DNA from: Okamejei kenojei | Lineage: Eukaryota | Reading direction: 5' to 3' | Assembly (NCBI GenBank): GCA_035221665.1 | Contig: CM069151.1 | Span: 14,384,001 to 14,448,000 of the forward strand | Length of the DNA: 64,000 nt | In this document: in pieces, positions 11,601 to 23,183 of the stretch | How the letters are laid out: every line of letters starts with the position of its first letter | Position numbering within the stretch: the first letter of the stretch is position 1 | Position numbers and translations under genes: made by a program | Notes under the pieces: model-generated | What the model was told of the DNA's origin: nothing | Seen by the model: only the letters and a program-made list of their open reading frames with translations | The model's database searches: none

Positions 11601-14214
11601 TAAGAGGGGCAAAGTTTTGAAGGAAATGTGCGAGGCAAGTTTTGTTTACGCAGAGTGCCTGGAACAAGCTGCCGGGAATGGTGGCTAAGGTAGATACCAT
11701 AGTAGCATTTAAGATGATTTTTGATCTGCACATGGCTATGCAGGGATCACGTTTGGCACACTGGAGGCACAGCGGTAGAATTGTTGCCGGAGACCCGGGT
11801 TCGATCCTGGCCACGGGTACTGTCTGTACGGAGTTTTGTACCTTCTCCCTGTGACCGCGTGGGTTTTCTCCGAGATCCGTTTTCTCCTCACATTCCAAAG
11901 ACGTACAGGTTTGAAGGTTGATTGGCTTGGTACAAATGTAAATTGTCCCTAGTGTGTGTAGGATAGTGTTAGTGTGCGGGGATCACTGGTCAGTGTGGAC
12001 TAGGTAGGGTAGTCGGGCCTGTTTCCACGCTGTATCTCTAAACTAAACTAAAACATTGTGGTCCAAAGGGCCTCTTTCTGTGCTGTACTGTTTGATATGC
12101 TATGATAAGTAATAGTATTGAGGAGATGTGGAATACTTACTTTAGGAATAACCTCATGATGAGGCCTTGAGAGAGGGGCAACATGTTTCGGAGGGGCTGG
12201 TTTTGGCGGCTCTGGTTCGGGTTCAGGTTCGGGTTCGGGTTCAGGCTCGGGCTCATAACCTTCTTCAGTCTCTTCCTCCTCCTCAATGACCTCCTCGTCA
12301 TACTGTTGAAATATCAAAGAACTATTGAGCAGGTAAACCGTCGAAAGTGGCTCGTGTGGAAATATTAAGCGACAAAATGTGGATGATTAAATGTACAACT
12401 GCTGTGGAGATTAACTCCAGCTCTATTAATAGATCTTACCTCTTCCCTGAAAGAAAGGGAGAGGGAAAGGGATAGAGAGAGAAAGAGAGAGAAATAAGAG
12501 TGTTAGAGAAACCATCACAAGGGCAGCATTCCAAATATATAGTACAGAAGTATTCTAAATGTATTACAAATATAAATGCAATCCTATTCTCTCATATGTG
12601 TATTTTTAACTTTATTTTACTGTTCAGCAGTGTGTGAATTGGCCATACTTTTACCAGTTACCAAATGTCACCTAGCTTTCAAGGTGCGTCGGATTATTGA
12701 CACTGTTTGGTCATCGTTCTTACTCTTTTGCAAGCTGCCTTCTGTATTTTTTTTCACTGCCATTGTTCTTGCACACGTCAGTCTTAGCTGCATGAGATGA
12801 CAATCTTAAAATCAAATAAAAGCCACTAAGGCCACAACTTTCAGGGCATGGAGAAATTGCAGCAGTTCACGCAGTTAGGGGAGCAATGACTGGGGCCAGT
12901 CACGGTGGTGCAGTGGTGGAGTTGTTGCCTTGCACTGCCAACGACCCGGGTTGGATCATGACTACGAATGCTGCCTGTGTGGATATTCTTTTTCCACTCT
13001 CCAAATACGTCCTGGCTTGTAGGCTAATTGGCTTGGTAAAATTGTAAATTGTCCCTAGTGTGCGTAGGATAGTGTTAGTGTGCGAGGATCGCGGACTCAG
13101 TGGGCCAAAGAGCCTGTTTCCGCACTCTATCTCTAAACTAAACTAAACAGTCCATTGTGCTTTACACAATATGTTCAATGTGTTCTGGTACCGTGTTGTT
13201 CTGGTACTGAGAGGACGACTCAAAGTCCCCCAAATCTAGGTCAGAGTCCTGGTGACCTGCAGATCTTCATGAAAGTTAACAAATCAAATCTTTTTTTGTG
13301 TGTCCCTATCTTCACCAATGTGCCTTGTGCTTTAGTTCTTCTAACACCAAGATGTGAGAGGAGATATTATGCCCCAAATCATCATTTTACAAAACAAAAG
13401 TCACTGATTAAAGGGCAGTTGTTATCCATTAAATACCCAACTCTAAGCACATCCTGTTCTTGCACCACAAGCGAGTAGATGGAGTTGCATCACAATATTG
13501 TACAAAACAGTGAAATGCAGGGGTGTGCTGCTTTTGTGATATTTCTCTGTCAGCTCTGTAAAAAATGACACTAAACAATGGAAGAAACTTGTCTCAATTA
13601 TCTCATAAAATCATGGCAGTACTAATTCTAAGTTTAAAAATGAATAAACTTGCTTGTTTTCTCTGGAACATTGGAAGTTGAGGGGAGACTTGATTGAAAT
13701 ATACAACATTATGAGAGGCATAGATGGGGTAGGCAGTGAGGATCTTTTTTCCCCCTGGGTGGAAATGTCAAGGAACAGAGGGCAGAGCTTTACTTTGAGA
13801 GGGGTAACGTTTAAAGGAGATGTACAGGCAAGTTTTTTTTACACAGGAGGGGTTAGTACCTGGAACACGCTGCCAGGAATGCGGTGGAAGCAGATATAAT
13901 AGAGGCATTTAAGAGGCATTCAGATAGGCACACAATGAGCAGGGAATGTTGGGATATGGATCACAAGCAGGCAGAGGAGATTAGTTTAACTTGGCATCAT
14001 GTTTGGCATGGACATTGTGGGCTGAAGATCCTGTTTCTGCGCTATTCTGTTCTATGTTCTATGAACAAAGGGTAAGAAAGAAAGATGCCTTATGCAAAGA
14101 GCACAGACAATGGAACTGAATTGTGATATTTTCATTCTTGATCTCCAGATAACAAAATAAGAAACAAATTGAATTTCAGAATTTGAGAAAAAATGTTACT
14201 TACTGGTCAGACAT
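2583..14214 (-). CDS. TNNI: Troponin I with long acidic/proline-rich N-terminal extension (239 aa, 8 coding exons); possibly the non-amniote TNNI5 class
   Basis: Joined exons 14214-14204, 12446-12440, 12302-12141, 7474-7433, 7328-7197, 4792-4703, 4606-4430, 2681-2583, all GT-AG and in frame. Motifs: [72 protein letters not shown]. Paralogue identity is inferred, not tested. Confidence 0.95.
3929..4290 (+). mobile_element. CR1 ORF2 C-terminal fragment
   Basis: ORF 3982..4347 [16 protein letters not shown]...LGLYSLE. Confidence 0.85.
4430..4606 (-). CDS. TNNI: Troponin I exon with inhibitory and switch peptides
   Basis: taacag|[59 protein letters not shown]|gtaatg; 177 nt. Confidence 0.96.
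4703..4792 (-). CDS. TNNI: Troponin I exon [30 protein letters not shown] (IT-arm)
   Basis: ttacag|...GAG|gtacgt; 90 nt. Confidence 0.95.
4955..5490 (+). mobile_element. Older CR1 3' fragment
   Basis: Degenerate aggccgcatttggagtattgtgtgcagttct and CR1-type 3' UTR. Confidence 0.7.
6147..6286. mobile_element. Penelope-like short element
   Basis: Family sequence flanked by TTTTGCATGATTAC at 6133-6146 and 6287-6300. Confidence 0.7.
7197..7328 (-). CDS. TNNI: Troponin I exon [14 protein letters not shown]...LSLTDLQ (H1 helix)
   Basis: gtgcag|...CAG|gtaagg; 132 nt. Confidence 0.93.
7433..7474 (-). CDS. TNNI: Troponin I exon [14 protein letters not shown]
   Basis: cacag|...AAG|gtgagg; 42 nt, standard TnI exon. 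Confidence 0.93.
7489..7630. other. Assembly gap
   Basis: Run of N. Confidence 1.
9968..10576 (-). mobile_element. 5'-truncated Rex1/Babar-type LINE nested in a CR1 3' end
   Basis: [13 protein letters not shown]...[14 protein letters not shown]...[11 protein letters not shown]; (TTGAA)n tail; TTCTCTT duplication at 9961-9967 and 10577-10583. Confidence 0.85.
10914..11045 (+). mobile_element. Penelope-like short element with hammerhead motif
   Basis: CTGAAGAAGGGTCTCGACCCGAAACATCACCC followed by family body (agatgctgcctg..gagttactccagca). Confidence 0.7.
11762..12052 (+). mobile_element. HE1/V-SINE-type SINE
   Basis: tRNA-like head (ggcacagcggtaga...ggttcgatcc), central core, CTAAACTAAACTA tail. 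Confidence 0.85.
12141..12302 (-). CDS. TNNI: Troponin I N-terminal extension exon (54 aa, [16 protein letters not shown](EP)8[22 protein letters not shown])
   Basis: caacag| ... AAA|gtaagt; 162 nt, phase 0-0; lies within ORF 12048..12317. Confidence 0.85.
12440..12446 (-). CDS. TNNI: Troponin I 7-nt microexon (G GAA GAG)
   Basis: ~50-nt pyrimidine tract then tttcag|GGAAGAG|gtaaga; restores frame to give MSDQEE. Confidence 0.8.
12897..13148 (+). mobile_element. HE1/V-SINE-type SINE
   Basis: Same family head, core and tail. Confidence 0.8.
14204..14214 (-). CDS. TNNI: Troponin I first coding exon (ATG TCT GAC CA; whole exon 14235-14204 including 5' UTR)
   Basis: Minus strand ttcctgttccag|GTTTAAAGACGTAACGTCAAAATGTCTGACCA|gtaagt; 11 coding nt, as in TNNI1/TNNI3 start exons. 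Confidence 0.85.
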
Positions 14215-15624
14215 TTTGACGTTACGTCTTTAAACCTGGAACAGGAAAGAGAGATGTTAGTTCAGTTGAAGTTTACCTTTCCAGTTCACACTGCCATGAT
14301 CTGAAAAGACAAATCTGTGCAAAGAGATTTTAGCACTTTAGTGAGTAATAATGATCAGGTTTCCAGTCCCTGTATGTCTATGTGAAACGTTCCTCGTCAA
14401 TCCATGTTTCCTAATCAGTGTCATCCTTCACTTGAATTATTTCCTGTCATGCTTTGTTTTATGTGCTTATATGCACAGCTGTCCGCACTGATTTTTCACT
14501 TCCATCAAACACAGAACTGTTTTTCGTGCTTGCTTGTCATTATTCCTTCTTCCACCTAAAGTGTGCCATTAGTTTAGCTTATTCTACAGATGCAGAATGG
14601 AAACAGGCCCTTCGGCCCACCAAGTCCACACTGACTACCGGACACCCATTCACAATAGTCCTATGTTATCCCATTTTTGCATCCACTCCCTGAACACCAG
14701 GAACAATATACAGAGACCGATTAACCTACAAGCCTTCACATCTTTGGGATGTAGGAAGAAACTGGAGAACCCAGAGGAAACACACACTGTTCTTGCTATT
14801 TTCCAGACTGGCTTTAGTAATATTGATATCTAATACTGATATGATGTTCCTTCATTTGATATTATCCTTCAGGCCACTCGCACAGATGAGTGCCCACAAT
14901 TTTAGACGCAGTTATATAAATCCTGCACTTTGTGAACTTGAGAACATTGAAGGGAAATATCTGCTCGATAATAACACCTTATTTTAATGCAGCAGATTGC
15001 TGCAAAATAAAGGTCACAGTTTGATGAGTCTAGCATAAAAAAGAAATGCCTTCATATTTGATTTGTAACTAGCTGTACATATCTCATGTGACACAAACAC
15101 AAACACCTTTAAATTAAAGAAGCAAGCACTTTCTTTCCTATCACATTCAGCTAAACACTAGCCTATTTCCCTTCCTTTGCCTTATATAATGCATTCATCT
15201 CAATATTAACAGTAGATTTACAAACCTGGTGTGCAGGTGCAAGTACGAATTTCATTGTTCTGTTTCGCTACATTGGACAATAAAACACTTTCGCTTCTTG
15301 AGGTTTAAAACTGTTGGTTCTTATTATACCCCAATATAATATGATTTATTAGGATATATTAACAATGAAGATATCAAGAACCAAAAATGTACTCGAGGGA
15401 ATCAAAGGTGCTTTATTGTCATATATCCCAAAACAGAACAATTAAATACTTACTTGCAAGTATATATATGTAAAATATCAAATAGACAAATAAATAGATA
15501 ATAATAGTGTAAAAATAATGTTCCCTAGTCTATATAATTCAGAACCTATTTGGGGATTGTAGTGTTTAATAGCCTAATGGTTGCAGGGGAGAAGCTGCTC
15601 TTCATCAATCGAACTTATGTCGGA

Positions 15625-16400
15625 GTCAGAGTCATAGAGTGATACAGTATGGAAACAGATCCCTCGGCCCAACTTGCCCAAACCGGTCAACATGTCCCAG
15701 CTACACTAGTCCCACCTGCCTATGTTTGGTCCATATCCCTCCAAACATGTCCTATCCATGTACCTGTCTAACTGTTTCTTAAACATTGGGATAGTCCCAG
15801 CCTCAACAATTCATCTGGAAGCTTGTTCCATACACCCACCACCCTTTGTGTGAAAAGGTTACTCCTCAGATTCCTATTAAATCATTTCTCCTTCACCTTG
15901 AACCTGGTCCTCGATTCCCCTACTCTGGACAAGAGATTCTGTGCATCTACCCCATTTATTCCTCTCATGATTTTATACACCCCTCATTCTCCTGTGCTCC
16001 AAAAAATAGAGACCCAGCCTACTCAATCTCTCCCTATAGCTCAGACAACTCGACTCCTGGCAACATCCTCACAAATCTTCTCTGAACCCCTTCAAGCTTG
16101 ACAATGTCTTTCCTATAACATGGTGCCTAGAACTGAACATAATACTCTAAATGCGGTCTCACCAACATCTTATCCAACTGCAAAATGACCTCCCGATCTC
16201 TATGCTCAATACTCTGACTGATGAAGGCCAATGTGCCAAAAGCCTTTGTGACCACCTTACCTACCTGCGACTCAACCTTCAAGGAACCATGCACCTGCAC
16301 TCCTAGATCCCTCTGCTCTGCAACACTCCCCAGAGGCCTACCATTCACTGTGTAGGTCCTGCCCTTGTTAGACGTCCCAAAATGCAGCACCTCACATCTA
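15625..16400 (-). mobile_element. CR1 3' fragment
   Basis: ORF 16127..16390 RDLGVQVH...VRPHLEYYVQF plus 3' UTR. Confidence 0.85.
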
Positions 16401-17139
16401 TCTGATAAATGTTAGTGCCAAACATGTTCGTGTCAAATGAAGATGCCAATTAATTATTGGTACTGAACAATGTATGTGGTGCAGTTGTAGACTGTGGAGT
16501 TTATATATATGGAGAAACATCCAACCAAGCTTCTTATTTATATGGAGAAGCACACACCCATTGACAGTGGCATTCTTTGATCTGTAGGTAGAGCAGCTGG
16601 TACTGACTCACGTAACATTTCCCTTGATGCTTTAGGCTGCTGTACTTCAATCTAGTTTTTAACTTTGTAGAGATGCTGATACGTCGTACCAATATGTAAC
16701 ATCACCGAGAAACACTGCTAGAGCACATAATCCAGTGCAATGCCCCCACTACAGAGCTGAGGCACTATTACATTACTGAAAATGCCATCTTCTGGTGGAG
16801 TTCACTCCCCAATGAGCCACTCCGGTAGATGTGGTAGATCTTTCAGCAATATTTTAGTCAATATTATCGGGAGGGCAACGATTTATAATAGTGTAAACGG
16901 CAGGGAAATTATCAAGGGCTATGTGAGAGGTAAAGAGGAATGAGTTAGCCAAGGAAATGATTGGTGGATGGAAATGAGGGGGGGGCTAAAATCAAACAAT
17001 CCCAGTTGCTGGGAATGGGAGGGCAGGGGATGATGGGGGAAGGTTGTGAAAAAGACCGTGAGGATATGAGCGTGGGAAGATTGAAAGTGGCAAACATATG
17101 GGTCAAAATAATTAAATGTACATTTCTGCCGCACAACGT

Positions 17140-17410
17140 TAGAGTTGCTGCCTTACTGCGCCCGGTTCAATCCTGACTACAGATGCTGTCTGTACAAAGC
17201 TTGCTCATTCTCCCTGTGACCTGTGTGGGTCTTCTATAAGATTTTCGGTTTCCTCCCACACTCCACACAGGTTTGTATGATTAATTGGGTTGGTATAAAT
17301 GTAAATTGTCCCTAGTGTGGAGGATCGCGTCAATGTGCGGTGATCGCTGCTCAGTAAGGACTCGGTGGGCTGAAGGGCCTGTTTCCGCGCTGTATCTCTA
17401 AGCTAAACTA
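17140..17410 (+). mobile_element. HE1/V-SINE-type SINE
   Basis: Same family head, core and tail. Confidence 0.8.
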
Positions 17411-20400
17411 CACTATTTTAGAAAAATTGCTGCCTTGGTTTCTGTGAGCAGGCTTCAATCTGTTGTTGGGCCCAAATGCAGAATGGAATATTTATATTTG
17501 TATTCAATTGGAAGCCAATTATATTCAGTGCTGAAGAATGGCACAAATCAGACCGGTACACCATAATGCCTATGCTGAACATGATGCTGAGATATATTAA
17601 TCTCCTGTTCATACATGATCTACACCCTTCCATTCCCTACAAGCCAGTTAAATGGCCCTCTCATACCTGCCTCCACCACCACCCCTGGCAGCGTGTTCCA
17701 GGCTCCCACCACCCTCAATGTAGACAAACTTGCCTACACATCTCCTTTAAACTGTGCCTCTCTCACCTAAAGCAGTGCCCTCTAGTCTTTGGCATGGTGG
17801 AGCACCAGCGATAACTCCTGCCTCCCAGCTCGGGTGTTGTCTGCATGGAGTTTGCAGAAATTTCTCTATGAATGCATGGGGTTGTGTAAGATTCTCCAGT
17901 TTCTTCTCGCTTCCCAAAGGTGAGCCAGCAGGTGAATTAGCCACTGTAAATTACCTCGCGTAAGAAGGTGCGAAACACTGAAAGCAAGGCAATGGGTATG
18001 TGAGAAAGAATACATTGCAGGGTTTACAGAGAAGTAATGAAGGGGTAAGGATAATGGGACTCACGGGATTCTTTTCTTGGCTGAAGTATGGGTCTGACCG
18101 GCAAATGTCCTCCTTCTGTGTTGTAATATGTAAGTAAGTAGGGAGTCAATACTCAAGTCAAATCTAATGCTCAACTCACTAATATCTCACCCAGTAGAAA
18201 CTGCCTATGTCTCCCTCCCCCCTCTATAACATTCCTTCCTCTTCAATCCTCTCACACCATCTGCTTTAATCTCTCGCCTTTGTTCCAACTATCTGTCTAG
18301 CAAAACCCCTCCTCGCCTATGTCCACCTATTATCTGCTGCTTTATCTTGCCTCTCCTCTCCCAGTTTCTCTCTAAATTTGAAGAAGGGTCCCAACCCAAA
18401 ACGTTACCTCTCCACAGATGCTCACCCAGAGTTCCTACAGCACTTTGTAAATCAGCATCTGCAGTTTCTTGTTTCTAACTATACGCGAGCCTTAGCCACA
18501 AGACTCCAAACCAGGGTAGCTGTGTTTGACTGTTCCAGCAAAGGTAATAGGCCAACGATGGGATGCAGAGAGCTCATGCTAACCACAGTCTCACAACTTC
18601 TGGCTTAACTGAGGTGGGATAACTCACTACAAAAGAACTTCCTCATCCAATGGTTCAACAACTCACTCCCTAAAATTAAAAGTGATAGCCAGCTCCCTTT
18701 AATTTAATGTTATATTTTATTCTCATGAATTTTATCCTTCATTTTATTCTTCCCCCTCAGTACAAATGTTCCCTTTGTCAGGCATGAGCTTCGGCAGATA
18801 CCACTCTACCCTTATTAGGCTATCTGTAAATATGCACCATTACACACAGAGCCCTTTGCTGTTGTCACTGACATCCATAGAATTCCAATGGAGGTCATTG
18901 CATAGAAATCCAGAAGGACAACTTTGAAGGGCAACAGCTTACTTTATCCATGGACCTTGTGGCTAAATATGTTGTCTGCTCGCACTGTCCCAGCTAAAAT
19001 CAGTTTGTTCAGTTTGGACTGGGATCTTGCTGACTACGTAACTCGTCTATGTACTGGATTGATGTGCTGAAATTTCCCAAAGTTGTACGTACACTGTCTG
19101 CAATGACACAACAGCTAATACATGGGAAGGAGGAACATTTTAGCTTAATCTTAACAATCCAAAAATGTACAGGGTAAAGTTCAATCCCAGTTTATTTGCC
19201 CTTTCCATTTTACTGTCCATTTCAGTCAATGTGGAGTAATACTGACCATAGCGTAATACCATTCTATGAGCTTTTGCTCCAGCAAATTAACAGATTAAAA
19301 AATGCAGGATCATCTGCAGCCAACATATGTACAGTGTAATGCTGTTGATGGAGTGAAAGTTATATGGTGTGTCAATATTATGATGCAGACATACATTACA
19401 ACATTACCGTTTTTAAAGCTGAAATTTCATTTATGCCCTGCTAAGAATATTTTATCTATCCATTTAGAAACTGATTTTAGTATAAATTGACTGCGAAAAT
19501 ACAATGTACTGATTGATTTCATCATTGGCTCAAAACAGGTGCAATAGTTTAAACATTGTTAAACGTCATTAAGTATTCTCAAAGGGCAACAAAGTCGGTG
19601 TATTAACCAGAAATGTGCAAGAAGAAATTGAACCCATATTCCGTTACACATTCCTTGATATTTACAGAATTTAAGCATACTAATGCTATAATATATCATT
19701 TTCAAAACTCAATGGCACAGATATGTTAATAGTACAAAATACATAACAAAATAGGAGTGTTTGCGTCATATTGTAAAACTCCTGGAACCGCAGATTAGAT
19801 CATGTTTTTAATGTTAGTTTGGTGGCTGTCTGTTCATATCTATCTTTGCAGTCACTTAATACATCTACTTTTTTACCAGTCTATCAGTCAATATTTTGCT
19901 GCAGCAACCAGTTGATACCTATTGTTTAACAATGAATTACTAGCACACTAGTTGTCATTGTGATCCGTTATACTTTTCCTGAACACAAGTTTTCTCAGCT
20001 TCCGATTCTTAATTCTCCTGTAATAATGAATGTATTTTATTTACAAGATTTAATTGGGCTGCATTGTACGAAATTATTTCCTTCCAATATGAAATTCTTT
20101 AGTTATGATTAGTGTGGCTGTAAAGCTGCAAGTAAGAATTGAATTGTTCATAGGTGCAAATGACAATAAGTCCTCTTCAGGTCTTGATTCATCAATATGT
20201 TCCACTTTAAACATCTAATGTACATAATTGTATCAGTTTGAAGTATTGCTACAAAATGTACTCGACTGACAGCAACAATCTGTAATTATCCAATAACCAC
20301 TGAAATTCTGGGAAGGATAGTTAACATCACAAAGCTTTCATTTGCGTTAAATACACAGATATGTTTAATATTAACTCAATTTTCACTTGTAAGAAATGTT

Positions 20401-20414
20401 GGAACCATTCTTAC

Positions 20415-20462
20415 CTTCCTTAGGACTTAGACTTCTCTTAGTTGGGATACAAAGCTAAGAGT
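20415..20462 (-). other. TNNI: Candidate non-coding exon 1 of troponin I
   Basis: Strong donor GAAG|gtaaga at 20415/20414; Inr-like TCACTCT with A at 20462; the ATG exon has an acceptor, so an upstream exon is required. Confidence 0.5.
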
Positions 20463-20479
20463 GAAAGGGCACATGCTAG

Positions 20480-20640
20480 TTTTTATCATTAAAGAAAAAT
20501 GGAACCATTAACTGATTGGATAATAAATTTAGCAGTAACATTTGGAAAGATGTCACAGTTTATTTTTAGCTGTCATTCAGCAACTGACATACAATCCTCA
20601 CTCAGACTCAGAAAACGCTTTGTTATCTTTGTACTGACAA
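20480..20640 (-). promoter_or_regulatory. Candidate striated-muscle promoter of troponin I
   Basis: TGATAAAAA at 20488-20480 in the TATA position; perfect MEF2 site CTAAAAATAA at 20569-20560; E-box at 20581-20586; AGATAA at 20628-20623; several TGACA motifs. Confidence 0.5.
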
Positions 20641-23087
20641 TCTATTACAATTTATAAATCGCCAGTATAAATGTAAGCTTTTTTTTTTGTTTTAAAGAGG
20701 AACTTGAAACAAAATTAAAGCATGTGCAATTTTGCATTTGAAATACAGAATAGCTATTCCAGTCGTTTTTGTCACATTGGAACAAAATAAGGCTTAGCTT
20801 TATTATTATCACATGTATCAAAATACAATAAAAAGCTAATGAATATTCTTCATGCGGGAAAACAAATGTTGATATCTGTTAACTGATCTGTGGTTGTCTA
20901 AATATATGAATTCATTTAAGGCTGGAAATTAAAGCATGATTCTCAAAATCACTGCTATGATATAGATATTTCAGATGCAGAGTGCTTACAGAACAATACT
21001 GACTATAAAAATATTTATTTGGCTGTAAAACACTTATGGCATCTCTAATATAAATGAAAGGCATTTCAAAAATATGAGCTTTTATCTCTCTATCTTAATT
21101 AAATTTCGGAAGAAATTGAAGAAAATATTTCATTTTGACAGAAAAAAAGGACACAATAAATTCAAAATCTCCTAAATCGTAAGTAAAAAAAACTTTGATT
21201 GATAATATTCCTTATCCTAAGATGTTAACAATGGTTTTCATTCATTAGACCGTTGTTTAAATGCATTGGATTCATGTTACAAAGATATGTATTAATAACA
21301 TTCAGATAGTTTTACTAGGGATTAGGAGATTTTTCTTAACTATCTGATAATCTAGCCATGCAGGACATGTTGTTATCAAATTGAGTAACAGGAATCTGAA
21401 ATCCCTTTTCTTATAATTAGAGTATTTATCTCAATTGTCCATGTAGTAAACTTGATTTAATCTTAATTTCAGGCTTCTTACTGCATATTGTGGATTTAAA
21501 GACTAAAATGCAGTCACTTTTTAGACAATGCAGAATACATACAGTATTTCTACAGATAATGGTCTGTATGCTGTTGAGATTAAGAACACCTCTGTTACAT
21601 GTGAAAGTATAACAATGGGCGTGGAGTTAAATCTGACGGATCCTGCTTAAAATGTGTTGCTTCTCCATAAACTATGTGACAATAGTATTTTGCCACTGTA
21701 TTAAACAGTATGACGTTGTCTTTAATCTTCATTTCTGTCTATTGATTATTTCGTCTTTAATGATTATTTCGTCTTTAATCTTCATTATTTCTCTTTCTGT
21801 GCATGATTTGCCATCAAGTTCATCATTTTGAACTGTCACTTGCGTGCTCAGACTTAACACTGCTGATAACAGTCTGGTTGGATCGCTGGAGGTGATAAGC
21901 AGTAGCTATTCCAGATGCCCCTGCACATAATCCCACTGAAAGTCCATGGATAATTGTAAGCTAATAGTTGCCAGCCAATAATTGGTGTCAATTTGTGACG
22001 GCACAGTGGCACAGCGATAGACTTGCCGCCCTACAGCACCAAAGAGTACAGGGAAGATTTACGAGGATGTTGCCAGGACCAGAGGGTCTGAGCTATAGGG
22101 AGAGGTTGAGTAGGCTGGTACGCCATTCCTTGGAGCGCAGGAGGGTGAGGGGTGATCTCATAGAACTATGTTTTAATTTATTATTCACAAACACTTTTAA
22201 TTGTTGAAACTTTTCCTTCTTTGTAATTGTTTTACAATGTGATGAATTAGAGACATTTAGAAATAATGATAAAATCTCATTTTACAACCTATTTGGGGTT
22301 TATCAGGGGCACAGTTGCTGTTACTTGAGCAAAGGCCTCAAGAGCTACATGGCAGTGGGATATGGGGCAACTCCAGTCTGATCTGGCCTTGGAGCTGATG
22401 GAATGTCAATTACTTCATCTTCTAATACCTCCCCTTAGTATCAACACCTCCAGCCTCATACACTGTTCAATTTGACCGAACTCAGTGTGCAATCCCATCA
22501 ACGACCTCCAACAATGTGTATCAAGAAAAATTCAAACCTAGTATTCATAGTTTCCCCACACACGAGGCATTATTTTAAAAGGAGATACAAGGAACAGCAG
22601 ATGAAAGGCCTGGAAAGAGTGGATGTGGAGAGGATGTTTCCACTAGTGGGAGAGTCCAGGATCAGAGGCCATAGCCACAGAATAAAATAACATACCTTTA
22701 GAAAGTAAATGAGAAATAATTTATTTAGTCAGAGGGTGGTGAATCTGTGAAATTTAATGCCACAGACGTCTGTGGAAGCCAACTCAATGGATAGTTTTAA
22801 GGAGGAGGTTGACAGATTCTTGATTAGTAAGGGTGTCCGGGTTATGGGGAGAAGGCAGGAGAATGGGTTTGAGAGGGAAATATATGAGCCATGATTGAAT
22901 GCAAGATGTACCAAATGGATTAATTCTGCTCCTAGAACATGAACTAATGCTGAAATCTTGAGTAAAATCTGGCACTTGGTGTTCAAGCATTATATTAATA
23001 CTTGCAACTGTATCTCAAAGATTTCACATAACACCAGCTATCTTGTTGTGACAAGCACATCACTTCTGAACACAGTACTCTGAAACA

Positions 23088-23183
23088 GTAGTCTGAAGAA
23101 GGTTCTTGACCCAAAACGTCGCCTATCTCCTTCGCTCCTTAGATGCTGCTGCACCCGCTGAGTTTCTCCAGCCTTTTGTGTAC
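23088..23183 (+). mobile_element. Penelope-like short element
   Basis: Same family as 49813-50045; ACTCTGAAACA duplicated at 23077-23087 and 23184-23194. Confidence 0.7.

Noticed and set aside
12141-12302. Calling the gene TNNI3 because of its N-terminal extension
   Set aside because: Lacks the RRRSS PKA motif, and the core has slow-type Pro and His residues; assignment needs phylogeny
21742-21790. Short tandem duplication TGATTATTTCGTCTTTAA
   Set aside because: Ordinary local slippage; no sign of function
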